From the IMG/VR virus record IMGVR_UViG_3300035676_000001: a stretch of 64,000 nucleotides of DNA; one strand, given 5' to 3'. Shown in pieces: positions 1 to 8,257 of this stretch (positions are counted from its first letter, which is position 1; each line of letters begins with the position of its first letter). The position numbers and the translations under genes were made by a program. This DNA comes from a virus (Duplodnaviria; Caudoviricetes). The notes under the pieces are model-generated. The model had not been told where the DNA came from. It worked only from the letters and a program-made list of their open reading frames with translations, and did not search any database.

Positions 1-273
1 ATGATCAAAGCACGAATGCAGAATCTGAGCGACATTACCCTCATGGTTTGCATCAATGTCCTCATGCGATTCATTGATTTTGATTTTAACTTTGTTGAAG
101 ACACTTTTGGTCCCCACGAAGAAGTTATCAGTCGCAGGATTGGTGCCCCAAACAATAGCAGGCGCACCATCAATCTTAACACTCAAAGTGCCAGGATTCA
201 CGAACCAATCCAGAACAGAAAGGTCACCCGTGAGGATGGTATCTTCGGGGTGCTCAAGGTGGGTGTTTTTCAT
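1..273 (-). CDS. Conserved cyanophage hypothetical protein, 5' part only (runs off window start)
   Basis: Manual translation from ATG at 273: MKNTHLEHPEDTILTGDLSVLDWFVNPGTLSVKIDGAPAIVWG...; TACAAT -10 at 280-285; absent from ORF track because truncated. Confidence 0.75.
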   Translation of the reverse strand, partial: MKNTHLEHPEDTILTGDLSVLDWFVNPGTLSVKIDGAPAIVWGTNPATDNFFVGTKSVFNKVKIKINESHEDIDANHEGNVAQILHSCFDH

Positions 274-316
274 GAGACTATTGTAAGGGGTCAGCGGTGC
301 CTGTGGGGAGGTCAGT

Positions 317-338
317 GTGCCACTTGTCAGACCGTCAC
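317..338 (-). promoter_or_regulatory. Early-promoter palindromic box
   Basis: GTGCCACT-TGTCAG-ACCGTCAC, 31 bp upstream of TACAAT. Confidence 0.7.
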
Positions 339-515
339 ATCCTCCAGCAGTTCGGGATTATACTCTGTAACCTCTTTAATCAGCTCAGCATCATCATAGG
401 ACTCAAGATTTGAAACCAAAGTATCATAAGCGAACGAAACCAAAGTATCCATATCCATTCCCTCTACGATGAGAGAGGCATAATCAGCAATCAGAGAATC
501 GCGGTTGAATGTCAT
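327..515 (-). CDS. Small acidic hypothetical protein
   Basis: ORF track; co-oriented, overlapping neighbour. Confidence 0.65.
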   Translation of the reverse strand: MTFNRDSLIADYASLIVEGMDMDTLVSFAYDTLVSNLESYDDAELIKEVTEYNPELLEDVTV

Positions 516-712
516 TTCAGAATGTGACGATAATCAATGGATTTGATACACCAACCTGTAGCACATGTGATCTCTTCGATTAGATCTTCCTCATCATCTG
601 CCTCCCAGAAACTACCGATAACTTCATCGGTAATGTTATCAAAATGATGTTGAGTGAACTCCTCATCAGGATCATCAAAATCAAACTCAATGTCAGTAAC
701 TTGGAACTGCAT
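512..712 (-). CDS. Small acidic hypothetical protein
   Basis: ORF track; 4-bp overlap with downstream gene. Confidence 0.7.
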   Translation of the reverse strand: MQFQVTDIEFDFDDPDEEFTQHHFDNITDEVIGSFWEADDEEDLIEEITCATGWCIKSIDYRHILK

Positions 713-876
713 TTCAGTAATCGTAGTTAGCGTTCAGGTACTCATTCACATCGAACTTTTCATCTTTCAGTTCAGGAATGTCCATGTCAAAGATCTCACC
801 AGGAGCATCTTGAATCTCAGACCAGAGTTCATCAAACATGGTGCTTTTCTCAGGAACGAATGTAATGTAGCAGGAA

Positions 877-1125
877 TCAGGCGCGTTTGGTAGTTTTCTG
901 TGCCACTTTCACAACTGGCACATCGGTATCAACCAACGCCTGCAATTGCGTCACAATAGTATCAACGAAGCTCAGAACAGTTTGAATCACTTTGCGAGTC
1001 TTTTCTGCTCCATTGTTTTCATTGAACGAACGCACAGCAAATTGTACAATTCCAACAACGATTGCGGCGATGGCAGCAACATTCAGAATCAGAGTTTGAG
1101 TGAACTTAGAAGTGAAGAGTTTCAT
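877..1125 (-). CDS. Hypothetical protein with N-terminal hydrophobic helix
   Basis: ORF track; ILNVAAIAAIVVGIVQFAV. Confidence 0.6.
   Translation of the reverse strand: MKLFTSKFTQTLILNVAAIAAIVVGIVQFAVRSFNENNGAEKTRKVIQTVLSFVDTIVTQLQALVDTDVPVVKVAQKTTKRA
900..921 (-). promoter_or_regulatory. Early-promoter palindromic box
   Basis: GTGCCACT-TTCACA-ACTGGCAC, 30 bp upstream of TACATT (864-869). Confidence 0.7.
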
Positions 1126-1212
1126 AACATCAGGGTGTGGGAGGTGAGTGTAGAGAATTCCTCAACCACGAATCAAACATAACAGGGACAGAGCACGAAT
1201 GCAACCCCCCTT

Positions 1213-1234
1213 GTGCCACTTCTGCGACTGTCAC
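1213..1234 (-). promoter_or_regulatory. Early-promoter palindromic box
   Basis: GTGCCACT-TCTGCG-ACTGTCAC, upstream of extended -10 TGTTATGTT (1176-1184). Confidence 0.7.
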
Positions 1235-1434
1235 ACCTCATTCATAACTTTAAGACGACGAATGATATCATACACTTCCATATCATCCATGTCGATGTCG
1301 TTCATATCAACAGGAGCGAATTCTTCGAGGTTAATATTACCATTAGCGTAGATTGGAGCATAATACAACTCATCGCCATCTTCCTGCGACAAAGTATAAA
1401 CACAACCGTGATTGGTGGAAGTGAGAAAAATCAT
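1231..1434 (-). CDS. Small hypothetical protein
   Basis: ORF track. Confidence 0.65.
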   Translation of the reverse strand: MIFLTSTNHGCVYTLSQEDGDELYYAPIYANGNINLEEFAPVDMNDIDMDDMEVYDIIRRLKVMNEV

Positions 1435-1491
1435 CGGAAATCTCAGGAACGAATGTAATCTAACACAAAAACTGCCCAGCGGTTGAACCAG

Positions 1492-1586
1492 TGGACAGTT
1501 TTAGAAGTGTCACATATAACGGCATTGTTATATGATTATATTATATTTTAGTTTATTATATCTTATGCCAATTCATAAACTGGCAC
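1492..1586 (-). promoter_or_regulatory. Two early-promoter palindromic boxes flanking an AT-rich tract
   Basis: TGGACAGT-N6-AGTGTCAC (1492-1513) and ATGCCAAT-N6-ACTGGCAC (1565-1586); perfect IR CATATAAC-N6-GTTATATG at 1512-1533. Confidence 0.6.
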
Positions 1587-1587
1587 A

Positions 1588-1740
1588 TTACATAAACGGA
1601 TCGAATTCCTTGATGCTAGAATAAACTTCTTCGTCACCTTCGAGTTCCAGTAACTCTTTCCAGTCCATATTCTCTACATCTAGATCATCATAACACATGA
1701 TGTCTAGTGTAACCCGTACCAGGCGTTTCTGTGCTAGCAT
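1588..1740 (-). CDS. 50-aa acidic hypothetical protein
   Basis: Manual translation MLAQKRLVRVTLDIMCYDDLDVENMDWKELLELEGDEEVYSSIKEFDPFM; upstream promoter at 1766-1794. Confidence 0.6.
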   Translation of the reverse strand: MLAQKRLVRVTLDIMCYDDLDVENMDWKELLELEGDEEVYSSIKEFDPFM

Positions 1741-1765
1741 GATTCTCGATGTGTATGTGTACTAG

Positions 1766-1794
1766 ATTATATCATGCGTAATGACGATATGCAA
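1766..1794 (-). promoter_or_regulatory. sigma70-type promoter
   Basis: TTGCAT-17 bp-TATAAT. Confidence 0.7.
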
Positions 1795-1915
1795 GTGCTT
1801 CGAGATCATGTGTATCTCGTGCATAATCCTCGTCGAGATCTAGTGCGTAATATGAGTCCTCGTCGAGATTATAATCATATGAGAGAGTATAGTCGAGATC
1901 GTAGTCGTCGTACAT
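1772..1915 (-). CDS. 47-aa Asp/Tyr-rich peptide
   Basis: MYDDYDLDYTLSYDYNLDEDSYYALDLDEDYARDTHDLEALAYRHYA; internal ATG at 1915 of track ORF; promoter at 1946-1974. Confidence 0.55.
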   Translation of the reverse strand: MYDDYDLDYTLSYDYNLDEDSYYALDLDEDYARDTHDLEALAYRHYA

Positions 1916-2061
1916 GGCTCGTCGAGATTGTGTGATGACTGTATGAGTATAGCACAAATCTCGACGAGATGCAAGTGTGAATCTAGTCGAGATCTTATGA
2001 TAATATATATGTGTTCTCGACGAGATTGTGTTATAACGCTAACATGATATCTCGACTAGAT
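1829..2061. repeat. Array of 8 copies of a 13-bp palindrome, consensus ATCT(C/A)G(T/A)C(G/T)AGAT
   Basis: Copies end at 1839, 1869, 1899, 1928, 1970, 1993, 2026, 2061; further half-sites at 1744-1820. Confidence 0.9.
1946..1974 (-). promoter_or_regulatory. sigma70-type promoter with a palindrome copy in its spacer
   Basis: TTGCAT-17 bp-TATACT; ATCTCGTCGAGAT occupies 1958-1970. Confidence 0.7.
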
Positions 2062-2103
2062 TTTATAAGACTGTGTGGGTCTGTGAAGTTTTGCGCGGGG
2101 TGC

Positions 2104-2132
2104 TTGACTTTTTCGCGTTCTTGTGATAGGCT
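2104..2132 (+). promoter_or_regulatory. Putative sigma70-type promoter pointing away from the array
   Basis: TTGACT-17 bp-TAGGCT. Confidence 0.5.
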
Positions 2133-2281
2133 GCTCGCTAAGCCCACAAGACCTGGAGGGGTTTAACAAGTCTCAGAGGGGTTTAGAAGAATTAAACAAC
2201 ATAACACTATCATTATACAATCTTAATCTAAACACAATCAAATATATACATATAACACACAACTATATTTTTATCATATCT

Positions 2282-3304
2282 ATGGCATACATCTATTCAA
2301 TTACAAACCTTGAAAATCAGAAACTTTACGTCGGAAAAACTACACAACCTAACCCATATGATAGATGGAAACAACATCTACAATTAGCAAGAAGTAAGAA
2401 CAATCTAAATGAAAACAATTCTGCTCATAGTATGCCGATTGTAAGAGCAATTAGTAAGTATGGTGCAGATAAGTTTAAATTCAGAGTATTAGAAGAATGT
2501 GTAGATGATAAAGTTAATGAACGTGAAATCTATTGGATAGAACGATTGAATTCCTGTGGTAAGAATGGATATAATGTTACGTTAGGTGGTGAAGGTATAA
2601 AGAAGCCACGCAAATACTGGGCAAATCATCCCTATTCAAAAGCAGTCAGTTGCTATACATTAGAAGATGAATGGGTAAGAGACTATGATACTGCTGGTGT
2701 TGCTGCTGATAGTTTAGGAAATAAAAAAGGAAGAACTAGTATAGTTGCCTGCATTAAAGGAACAACATTTCAATCATTTGGATATAGATGGTCTTGGAAA
2801 GGTGAAACTCCTAAGATGATAGAAAAGAGAATAAATCGTCGTGGTGTTGTGTATGGTATACAGTTAGCAACTGGACGTAAGAAAATGTGGAAATCTGCTG
2901 CTGATGCTGCTGAAGAAATCGTTGGTAATAGAATTAGAAATTTAACGATTGGTAATTCATTAAACAGCCCTAATCACAATAAATTACAAGCACACGGATG
3001 GTATTTGTTTAGAGATAAGAAAGATGCATTAAAAAATTGGAAACCAGCAGAAAAGAAAGGATTTACAACTGAAAAGGCAAAAGCAGCATCAAATAAATCA
3101 AATGAAAAAAGAAAAAGACCTGTAAAAGGCATAAGCATTCATACAGGTGAAATCGTTGAGTTTAACAGTATAAGTGAGGCATCATTTTTTATCAAAGGTG
3201 AAGGTAATTATAAAGCAACTGCTGGAATTAGTAATAATATCAAACGCATCTCAAATGGTGAAACTTGGTGTTATTCTTTTGGATATAAGTGGTACTACAA
3301 TTAA
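2282..3304 (+). CDS. Free-standing GIY-YIG homing endonuclease with three NUMOD1/IENR1-like repeats
   Basis: YIYSITNLENQKLYVGKT motif; repeats of the type K.V....G.....F.S..EA; likely start MAYIYS at 2282; AT-rich, opposite strand to neighbours. Confidence 0.85.
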   Translation: MAYIYSITNLENQKLYVGKTTQPNPYDRWKQHLQLARSKNNLNENNSAHSMPIVRAISKYGADKFKFRVLEECVDDKVNEREIYWIERLNSCGKNGYNVTLGGEGIKKPRKYWANHPYSKAVSCYTLEDEWVRDYDTAGVAADSLGNKKGRTSIVACIKGTTFQSFGYRWSWKGETPKMIEKRINRRGVVYGIQLATGRKKMWKSAADAAEEIVGNRIRNLTIGNSLNSPNHNKLQAHGWYLFRDKKDALKNWKPAEKKGFTTEKAKAASNKSNEKRKRPVKGISIHTGEIVEFNSISEASFFIKGEGNYKATAGISNNIKRISNGETWCYSFGYKWYYN

Positions 3305-3492
3305 AGAACAGGTATAATTTCACTCTCTTTACATCCTTGCTGCTTAATATACTTCTCCCAATGAGTCGCATCTTCAATCGAATAAAAAGTTGCGGTTTGT
3401 TTTGAGAATCCTTTCTTTTTCGGTTTGAGGTAAGTAACTTGGTACATTTGCAGAATCAACATAAACTTCAATAGATGGATCTGATTTATCAT
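3301..3492 (-). CDS. Small hypothetical protein (start probably an internal Met)
   Basis: MYQVTYLKPKKKGFSKQTATFY. Confidence 0.6.
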   Translation of the reverse strand: MINQIHLLKFMLILQMYQVTYLKPKKKGFSKQTATFYSIEDATHWEKYIKQQGCKESEIIPVL

Positions 3493-3691
3493 TCCAGTGT
3501 CTCACCACACCAGCAACAATAAAAGCATTAGTAATCAAATAAGTCGCAAAGATAAAAGTACGAATACCTGCAATGATATCAGACTCTCTATCACACTTGG
3601 ATGCTTTCTCTCCTAATGCCTTTGCGAAGTATCTCCACAATGACTTGTTATTACTTTTCATAAGACTGTCGATTACCGTGAATAAGTTCAA
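3374..3691 (-). CDS. Hypothetical membrane protein (start probably an internal Met)
   Basis: LWRYFAKALGEKAS..D.ESD.IA.IRT; hydrophobic segment. Confidence 0.6.
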   Translation of the reverse strand: MNLFTVIDSLMKSNNKSLWRYFAKALGEKASKCDRESDIIAGIRTFIFATYLITNAFIVAGVVRHWNDKSDPSIEVYVDSANVPSYLPQTEKERILKTNRNFLFD

Positions 3692-3854
3692 TTTGTTTCC
3701 ATTGTTCAGGATAGACTAATACACACACATCCTTTGCTCTTACATTAAAACTCCTCATACAAATGGTAATGTAAGTATTAGAGATAAACCTGATAGTTCC
3801 TGTAATGTTCTGATACTGAACTTCTAAACCTTCAGCAAAGGATTCATACTTCAT
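3651..3854 (-). CDS. Small hypothetical protein
   Basis: ORF track; overlaps neighbours in operon fashion. Confidence 0.6.
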   Translation of the reverse strand: MKYESFAEGLEVQYQNITGTIRFISNTYITICMRSFNVRAKDVCVLVYPEQWKQIELIHGNRQSYEK

Positions 3855-4132
3855 ACAAATGCAGATTCAAGTGGAGTAAGTTTAGGTATCATAGCAGAGT
3901 ATGGACTCGTGTCTTCTATACTAACAATGTTCCCAACTGTGCTTGAGTTGACGGGGGCGTGATATACTCTTTTCTTGGAGTCATAGAATCCCCAAATTGA
4001 CCGCACAGACTTCCCAAGGTTATAATCAAAAGTAGCAGAGTTGCGAATCCAGATGGCGATAGTATTTCTTTTGAACTGTTCAAACTCATAACTGTAACCT
4101 TTAGGTGCTTTGTGAGAGAATTCAGGAATCAT
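3851..4132 (-). CDS. Conserved cyanophage hypothetical protein
   Basis: Likely start MIPEFSHKAPKGYSY; SIWGFY...YHAPVNS. Confidence 0.7.
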   Translation of the reverse strand: MIPEFSHKAPKGYSYEFEQFKRNTIAIWIRNSATFDYNLGKSVRSIWGFYDSKKRVYHAPVNSSTVGNIVSIEDTSPYSAMIPKLTPLESAFV

Positions 4133-4279
4133 AAACAGCACGAAGACAATTGGGATTGTAACCTCTTTCCAGATACTCTTGCAGAAGTTGGTCACACTGT
4201 TCCTTTGTAAGTTGAACAGCAGACTCATCAATCAGTTCCCATCCATTCGTATACAATTCTTCAATACGATAGAGTTGTT

Positions 4280-4510
4280 TCACGTCGTAAATGCCTCCAG
4301 AATACCAGACTCATAATCATCCTGTAGAGCAAACTTCTGTGCATTCACAACCCTTTCCATAATCAGATGAGTATAATTCTCATCAAACGATTGCTCCTCT
4401 GAAAGCAGCGTAAAAGCCTCAGTATCATTCTCGGCAATCAGATTAATCAGACCACCATACTCAGAAGATGGAAACGGAACCCAGTAGTCTACAATATAAA
4501 GAGATTTCAT
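4280..4510 (-). CDS. Conserved cyanophage hypothetical protein
   Basis: YIVDYWVPFPSSEYGG. Confidence 0.7.
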   Translation of the reverse strand: MKSLYIVDYWVPFPSSEYGGLINLIAENDTEAFTLLSEEQSFDENYTHLIMERVVNAQKFALQDDYESGILEAFTT

Positions 4511-4520
4511 TTTTTGTGTT

Positions 4521-4703
4521 TTAGGACTCCTTCATTTTAGTGTAAAGATTGGTGTTTGTCAAGTTTGCAAGTTGTCGTTCAATCTCAAACTTGATAGGTA
4601 ACAAATGCGAAGTAAAGAAACCAGCATACTGCCCATCTTGAAGAAGATTGCGAACATTCTCAATCTGCATCTGTGCAAGAATCAATTTTGTCTTTTGGTC
4701 CAT
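4521..4703 (-). CDS. Small hypothetical protein
   Basis: ORF track. Confidence 0.6.
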   Translation of the reverse strand: MDQKTKLILAQMQIENVRNLLQDGQYAGFFTSHLLPIKFEIERQLANLTNTNLYTKMKES

Positions 4704-4891
4704 TAGATGAACTCCTGAATATAATACTGTGGTTTTACATTGTTTTCTTCGGCACCTTGAAGAATCTCATTCAAGAGTGCATCTCCTTCGGCAATGTCAT
4801 TATCGCTCCAGATTGGATACTCTACAGGATATCCACTGATAGGGCAGATATAAGTTTCAATTTGAACTGGTTGCTTGTAATAAGTCATCAC
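4703..4891 (-). CDS. Small hypothetical protein
   Basis: ORF track. Confidence 0.55.
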   Translation of the reverse strand: MMTYYKQPVQIETYICPISGYPVEYPIWSDNDIAEGDALLNEILQGAEENNVKPQYYIQEFI

Positions 4892-5058
4892 ACAAACTCC
4901 TGAATGTAATAATCGACAGTCACCTCAAGTTCTGCAGCTTTGCGTTCATAAAACATCTGAGCATAATCCTCTGCTGCTTGTTTTGCCTGATAATGCAACT
5001 CTTCGGATTGAGCGTGTTTCATAAAGTCTTCAAAGGCATTCACAATTTCTTCATTCAT
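4888..5058 (-). CDS. Small hypothetical protein
   Basis: Likely start MNEEIV; ends YYIQEFV, like the neighbour's YYIQEFI. Confidence 0.6.
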   Translation of the reverse strand: MNEEIVNAFEDFMKHAQSEELHYQAKQAAEDYAQMFYERKAAELEVTVDYYIQEFV

Positions 5059-5179
5059 TTCCGACAGTTCTCCACAAAACAACGATTGTAAGATTCAAAC
5101 AGAGCATTGTCTCTCTGAATCAGAAAGACATTGTAACCAATCAATGCAACAAAAGTCAGAGCAAAGTAACGCAGTTTCA

Positions 5180-5443
5180 TCAGCAGGCACCATAGAAAGG
5201 ATTACCAAGTTGAGGCAGATTGGAATTATCGGCAGTGACGATATAACCAAGAGAAACACGCTCCCGAATCGCAACAGCTTTCTCCACACGATTCAGAAAC
5301 TTCTTAGACATTTGCTCCACACCTTGCCAAGACAACACTTGCAGACACCACTCCTTACTGATATCACCATAGGGAGTCTTCACAGGATAGTATTGAACAA
5401 CCATCGTACCGTCTTTGGAGTGAAGAGTAGGGAAGTCAGTCAT
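5180..5443 (-). CDS. Early hypothetical protein
   Basis: Directly downstream of TATAAT (5468-5473) and palindromic box. Confidence 0.7.
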   Translation of the reverse strand: MTDFPTLHSKDGTMVVQYYPVKTPYGDISKEWCLQVLSWQGVEQMSKKFLNRVEKAVAIRERVSLGYIVTADNSNLPQLGNPFYGAC

Positions 5444-5475
5444 CGGTGTTCCGTCGATTACCTTTGTATTATAGG

Positions 5476-5679
5476 TCAGAAGGACGGCACCACGTCGTTG
5501 CGTAGGACAGTTTGAGAACTGTCCATTCGCTCCCAGACGCTATAGAGTTTGTTATACAATGCCGATGCACTTCCATACTCTCTCGCAATCTGATTCTCAT
5601 CCCGAAAAGAAAGAGTTTGAAGTGCAGACAATAGAATACCAATCTCATGAACATTTAGATTTACATTCGTTTCAGTCAT
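5476..5679 (-). CDS. Small hypothetical protein
   Basis: ORF track. Confidence 0.65.
   Translation of the reverse strand: MTETNVNLNVHEIGILLSALQTLSFRDENQIAREYGSASALYNKLYSVWERMDSSQTVLRNDVVPSF
5504..5525 (-). promoter_or_regulatory. Early-promoter palindromic box
   Basis: AGGACAGT-TTGAGA-ACTGTCCA, 30 bp upstream of TATAAT. Confidence 0.75.
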
Positions 5680-5682
5680 GAT

Positions 5683-6057
5683 TCAATCCCAACTTACATT
5701 TTCAACAAGGAAACCAGGCATCACATAAGTATGAGCACCAGTTCCACCTACGCCACCAATTTTATAATCCCACTTGTAATTGAACTTGTTATGACTATCC
5801 CAAGTCATAAACCCTTTCTCCTTATCAAACCAGGATTTAATCGTCAGAGAGAAGCGATTCGAATAGATGTTACGAGTCTTCAGTGCTCCACCCTTTTCAC
5901 GAGTTTCAATCACAGTGCAAATATCATCCTGATAACCACCATTCACCTTGTTCTCAAGATAGCAGGGAGTTTCATATCGGAATGCAGGTCCAGCAACAGC
6001 AGGAGCAGCAGTCAGCAGAAGAGCAAGAGAAAACAGAAGTTTTTTAGATTTCTTCAT
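5683..6057 (-). CDS. Hypothetical protein with signal peptide
   Basis: MKKSKKLLFSLALLLTAAPAVA signal-like N-terminus. Confidence 0.7.
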   Translation of the reverse strand: MKKSKKLLFSLALLLTAAPAVAGPAFRYETPCYLENKVNGGYQDDICTVIETREKGGALKTRNIYSNRFSLTIKSWFDKEKGFMTWDSHNKFNYKWDYKIGGVGGTGAHTYVMPGFLVENVSWD

Positions 6058-6147
6058 CGTAGTTACCAGACATTTGACTTTTAACAATTGTAAGTGTAAG
6101 GTGCATCACACAATAACCAAATGCGAATGCAGCCATTGCTGTCGTAA

Positions 6148-6333
6148 TCATTCCACAACTCTCCAATCAGTACTGTTACTTTTCGTCATCCAGAAGAAGT
6201 ATTTGCGATTGCTGGATGCACAGAAGATTCGGTCTCCCAAATCCTGCTCTACATCCACATTCGGATCATTGTCCATCAGATTAATCAGACGATTCTTTGC
6301 TTTCTTAGAAATCGGTTCAACTTGAATGATCAT
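6148..6333 (-). CDS. Early hypothetical protein
   Basis: V.PISKKAKNRLINLMD; downstream of TATAAT 6356-6361. Confidence 0.7.
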   Translation of the reverse strand: MIIQVEPISKKAKNRLINLMDNDPNVDVEQDLGDRIFCASSNRKYFFWMTKSNSTDWRVVE

Positions 6334-6356
6334 TTTCTTTCTTGATTACCTTGTAA

Positions 6357-6833
6357 TTATAGCAGACGGAGCAAGCGATTGGGGAAGAACTGTGCCGCTT
6401 CTTGAACTGTCACACGATTCTTCTCAACCAAATACTCTAAGTATAGAGTTTCTTCTTGCTCTCGTGCCTCAATTTCGTGTGGTTGATTCCAATAGTCAAT
6501 ATCTTCGACGCATTCTTTACCATAATACATTTTTCCACGCTTGGACCGCAGCGAACCCACTACCCACTGTCGCAGATGGACCAGCTCATGCAAAAGAGTT
6601 TTTATATACAACTCCTGATGCATCCAAGTATCCATCTCAATCAGAAAATCACGAGGGCGATAAGACTCACCCACATAATCACAGTAACCATAAACAGACT
6701 CACGCTTCAGACCACGATGAAGAATCTCAACATGAATCTTATGGCGAGGCAGAAACTTATTCAGAAACCAAGAGGTAACATCCTCACAGGTGCGCTTGCT
6801 ATAACCATATCCAGACATTTCAAAGTAAGACAT
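6357..6833 (-). CDS. HEXXH zincin-like putative metallopeptidase
   Basis: TLLHELVHLRQ motif, then WNQPHEIEA. Confidence 0.7.
   Translation of the reverse strand: MSYFEMSGYGYSKRTCEDVTSWFLNKFLPRHKIHVEILHRGLKRESVYGYCDYVGESYRPRDFLIEMDTWMHQELYIKTLLHELVHLRQWVVGSLRSKRGKMYYGKECVEDIDYWNQPHEIEAREQEETLYLEYLVEKNRVTVQEAAQFFPNRLLRLL
6392..6413 (-). promoter_or_regulatory. Early-promoter palindromic box
   Basis: GTGCCGCT-TCTTGA-ACTGTCAC, 30 bp upstream of TATAAT. Confidence 0.75.
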
Positions 6834-6967
6834 TGACCCCAGTGAAGAAACCAAATGAAAGAGGAAACAAAGACAAGTTTATCAGTCGTCGTCATCATTA
6901 CCTGAGTGAAGACAGTAGTTAATGAGTAGAGCAGCAGTAGTCAATCCTAACCACCAAAGAATAAAAG

Positions 6968-7201
6968 TCATCGTGCAATAATATCCAGAGACTCCAACAA
7001 CATCATAGCAAGTTCCATACGATTGTCTTCATCAACCACAGGAATGTTAGCATCTACAAACTCACTTGCAAGTTCAGCAAAAAGTTCAATTGTTCGCTCA
7101 TCTGCAAACACAGATGTTGCAAACTCACTCTTGAAACCATCACGCAAAAGTCGCAGAGACTTGGTGGCGGTCAGTTCTTTAATTTCGTTAGCGTAAGTCA
7201 T
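6968..7201 (-). CDS. Small hypothetical protein
   Basis: Likely start MTYANEIK. Confidence 0.6.
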   Translation of the reverse strand: MTYANEIKELTATKSLRLLRDGFKSEFATSVFADERTIELFAELASEFVDANIPVVDEDNRMELAMMLLESLDIIAR

Positions 7202-7233
7202 TTTAAGGAATTGTTGGGTCGGAATGAACATCA

Positions 7234-7674
7234 TCAAGCATACAAATAACCACCAGACCATTCAGCATTGCGATAGCATTGCTCACGGGAATTATCATCA
7301 AGCAGACTGTACCGCACTCCCCGAGCAGGCGCTTTCCAAGATGCAGACTTATAAACATCACCAGTCATTTTATCCACAAAGCAATGAACAGAACGCTGAT
7401 TGCTATCCACCATAATCACCTTATGATACTTGCGACCAGTTTCAATTACAAACTGATTCCTGAAGTGATAAGTCCCATCAGCAATCTGCTTCAGGCACCA
7501 TTCGTGATGCTCCATATTAATCTCATTCTGAACAGAACGACGATGAGCCTTTGTAGTATAAAGGCGATAATCAACCTCCAGTGCTTCACAAAGAGATTGA
7601 GTATAACGAAGAATCATCTCTTCCCGCATTTGACGGGCAGGAGCGGCATCCACGAAGTCAGCGAAGGCAGTCAT
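7234..7674 (-). CDS. Conserved early hypothetical protein
   Basis: GRKYHKVI...SVHCFVDK.TGDVYKSASWKAPARGVRY. Confidence 0.8.
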   Translation of the reverse strand: MTAFADFVDAAPARQMREEMILRYTQSLCEALEVDYRLYTTKAHRRSVQNEINMEHHEWCLKQIADGTYHFRNQFVIETGRKYHKVIMVDSNQRSVHCFVDKMTGDVYKSASWKAPARGVRYSLLDDNSREQCYRNAEWSGGYLYA

Positions 7675-7732
7675 TTGGTTCGTTGCGTATGAGAGTATTA
7701 TAGGGCACCCAGAGGCGCCCTGAGGGGTCAGT

Positions 7733-7754
7733 GTGACAGTTCTACTTCTGGCAC
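7733..7754 (-). promoter_or_regulatory. Early-promoter palindromic box
   Basis: GTGACAGT-TCTACT-TCTGGCAC, 30 bp upstream of TATAAT (7697-7702). Confidence 0.75.
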
Positions 7755-7852
7755 CCAGTGGTCGTCAGATTCCAGGTATCCCATCCAATCTGCTGGGTCA
7801 GTGCCATAGATTTGAATTTCTCGCAGTTCATCCAAAAATTCGGATAGATTCA

Positions 7853-8254
7853 TCAGGCAGCAACTCCAACAGGAATCTCAACTTCTTTCACAAGATTACG
7901 ATCGCGGGAGTCATTAGTATAGCACTTCCACTCACCATTTGCAAACACATAAGAATACTCTTCACTGTCGCAGAGATATGCATTCAGGTTAGCATCAAGA
8001 CGGGGAGGGCAATCTTCGCCACGAGCAGAATAATACAGGGGACCAACTTCGGGAAGAGTTTCATTATCCCAACCAGCATTCGTCCAGAGAGCACTGATGT
8101 CGCCACCGTCAATCAGTTCGGTAACTTTCTGATAAGAATTGAAGTTCTCAACCAGTTTCACACCATTGAAACTCGCATAACCATCATAATGGCAATAGAT
8201 GCTGAGAATCGAACCATTAACCAGTTGGAGACCAATGCGGGAGCGGGTAGCCAT
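7853..8254 (-). CDS. Conserved phage hypothetical protein
   Basis: MATRSRIG...SIYCHYDGY. Confidence 0.8.
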   Translation of the reverse strand: MATRSRIGLQLVNGSILSIYCHYDGYASFNGVKLVENFNSYQKVTELIDGGDISALWTNAGWDNETLPEVGPLYYSARGEDCPPRLDANLNAYLCDSEEYSYVFANGEWKCYTNDSRDRNLVKEVEIPVGVAA

Positions 8255-8257
8255 GAT

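Noticed and set aside
1829-2061. CRISPR or TIGR-like guide array
   Set aside because: Repeats are only 13 bp and degenerate, spacers are irregular (10-29 bp), part of the array is protein-coding, and there is no Cas or Nop-domain gene nearby
2123-2281. 53-aa N-terminal extension of the GIY-YIG ORF
   Set aside because: Low-complexity AT-rich translation; the catalytic motif begins right after the ATG at 2282
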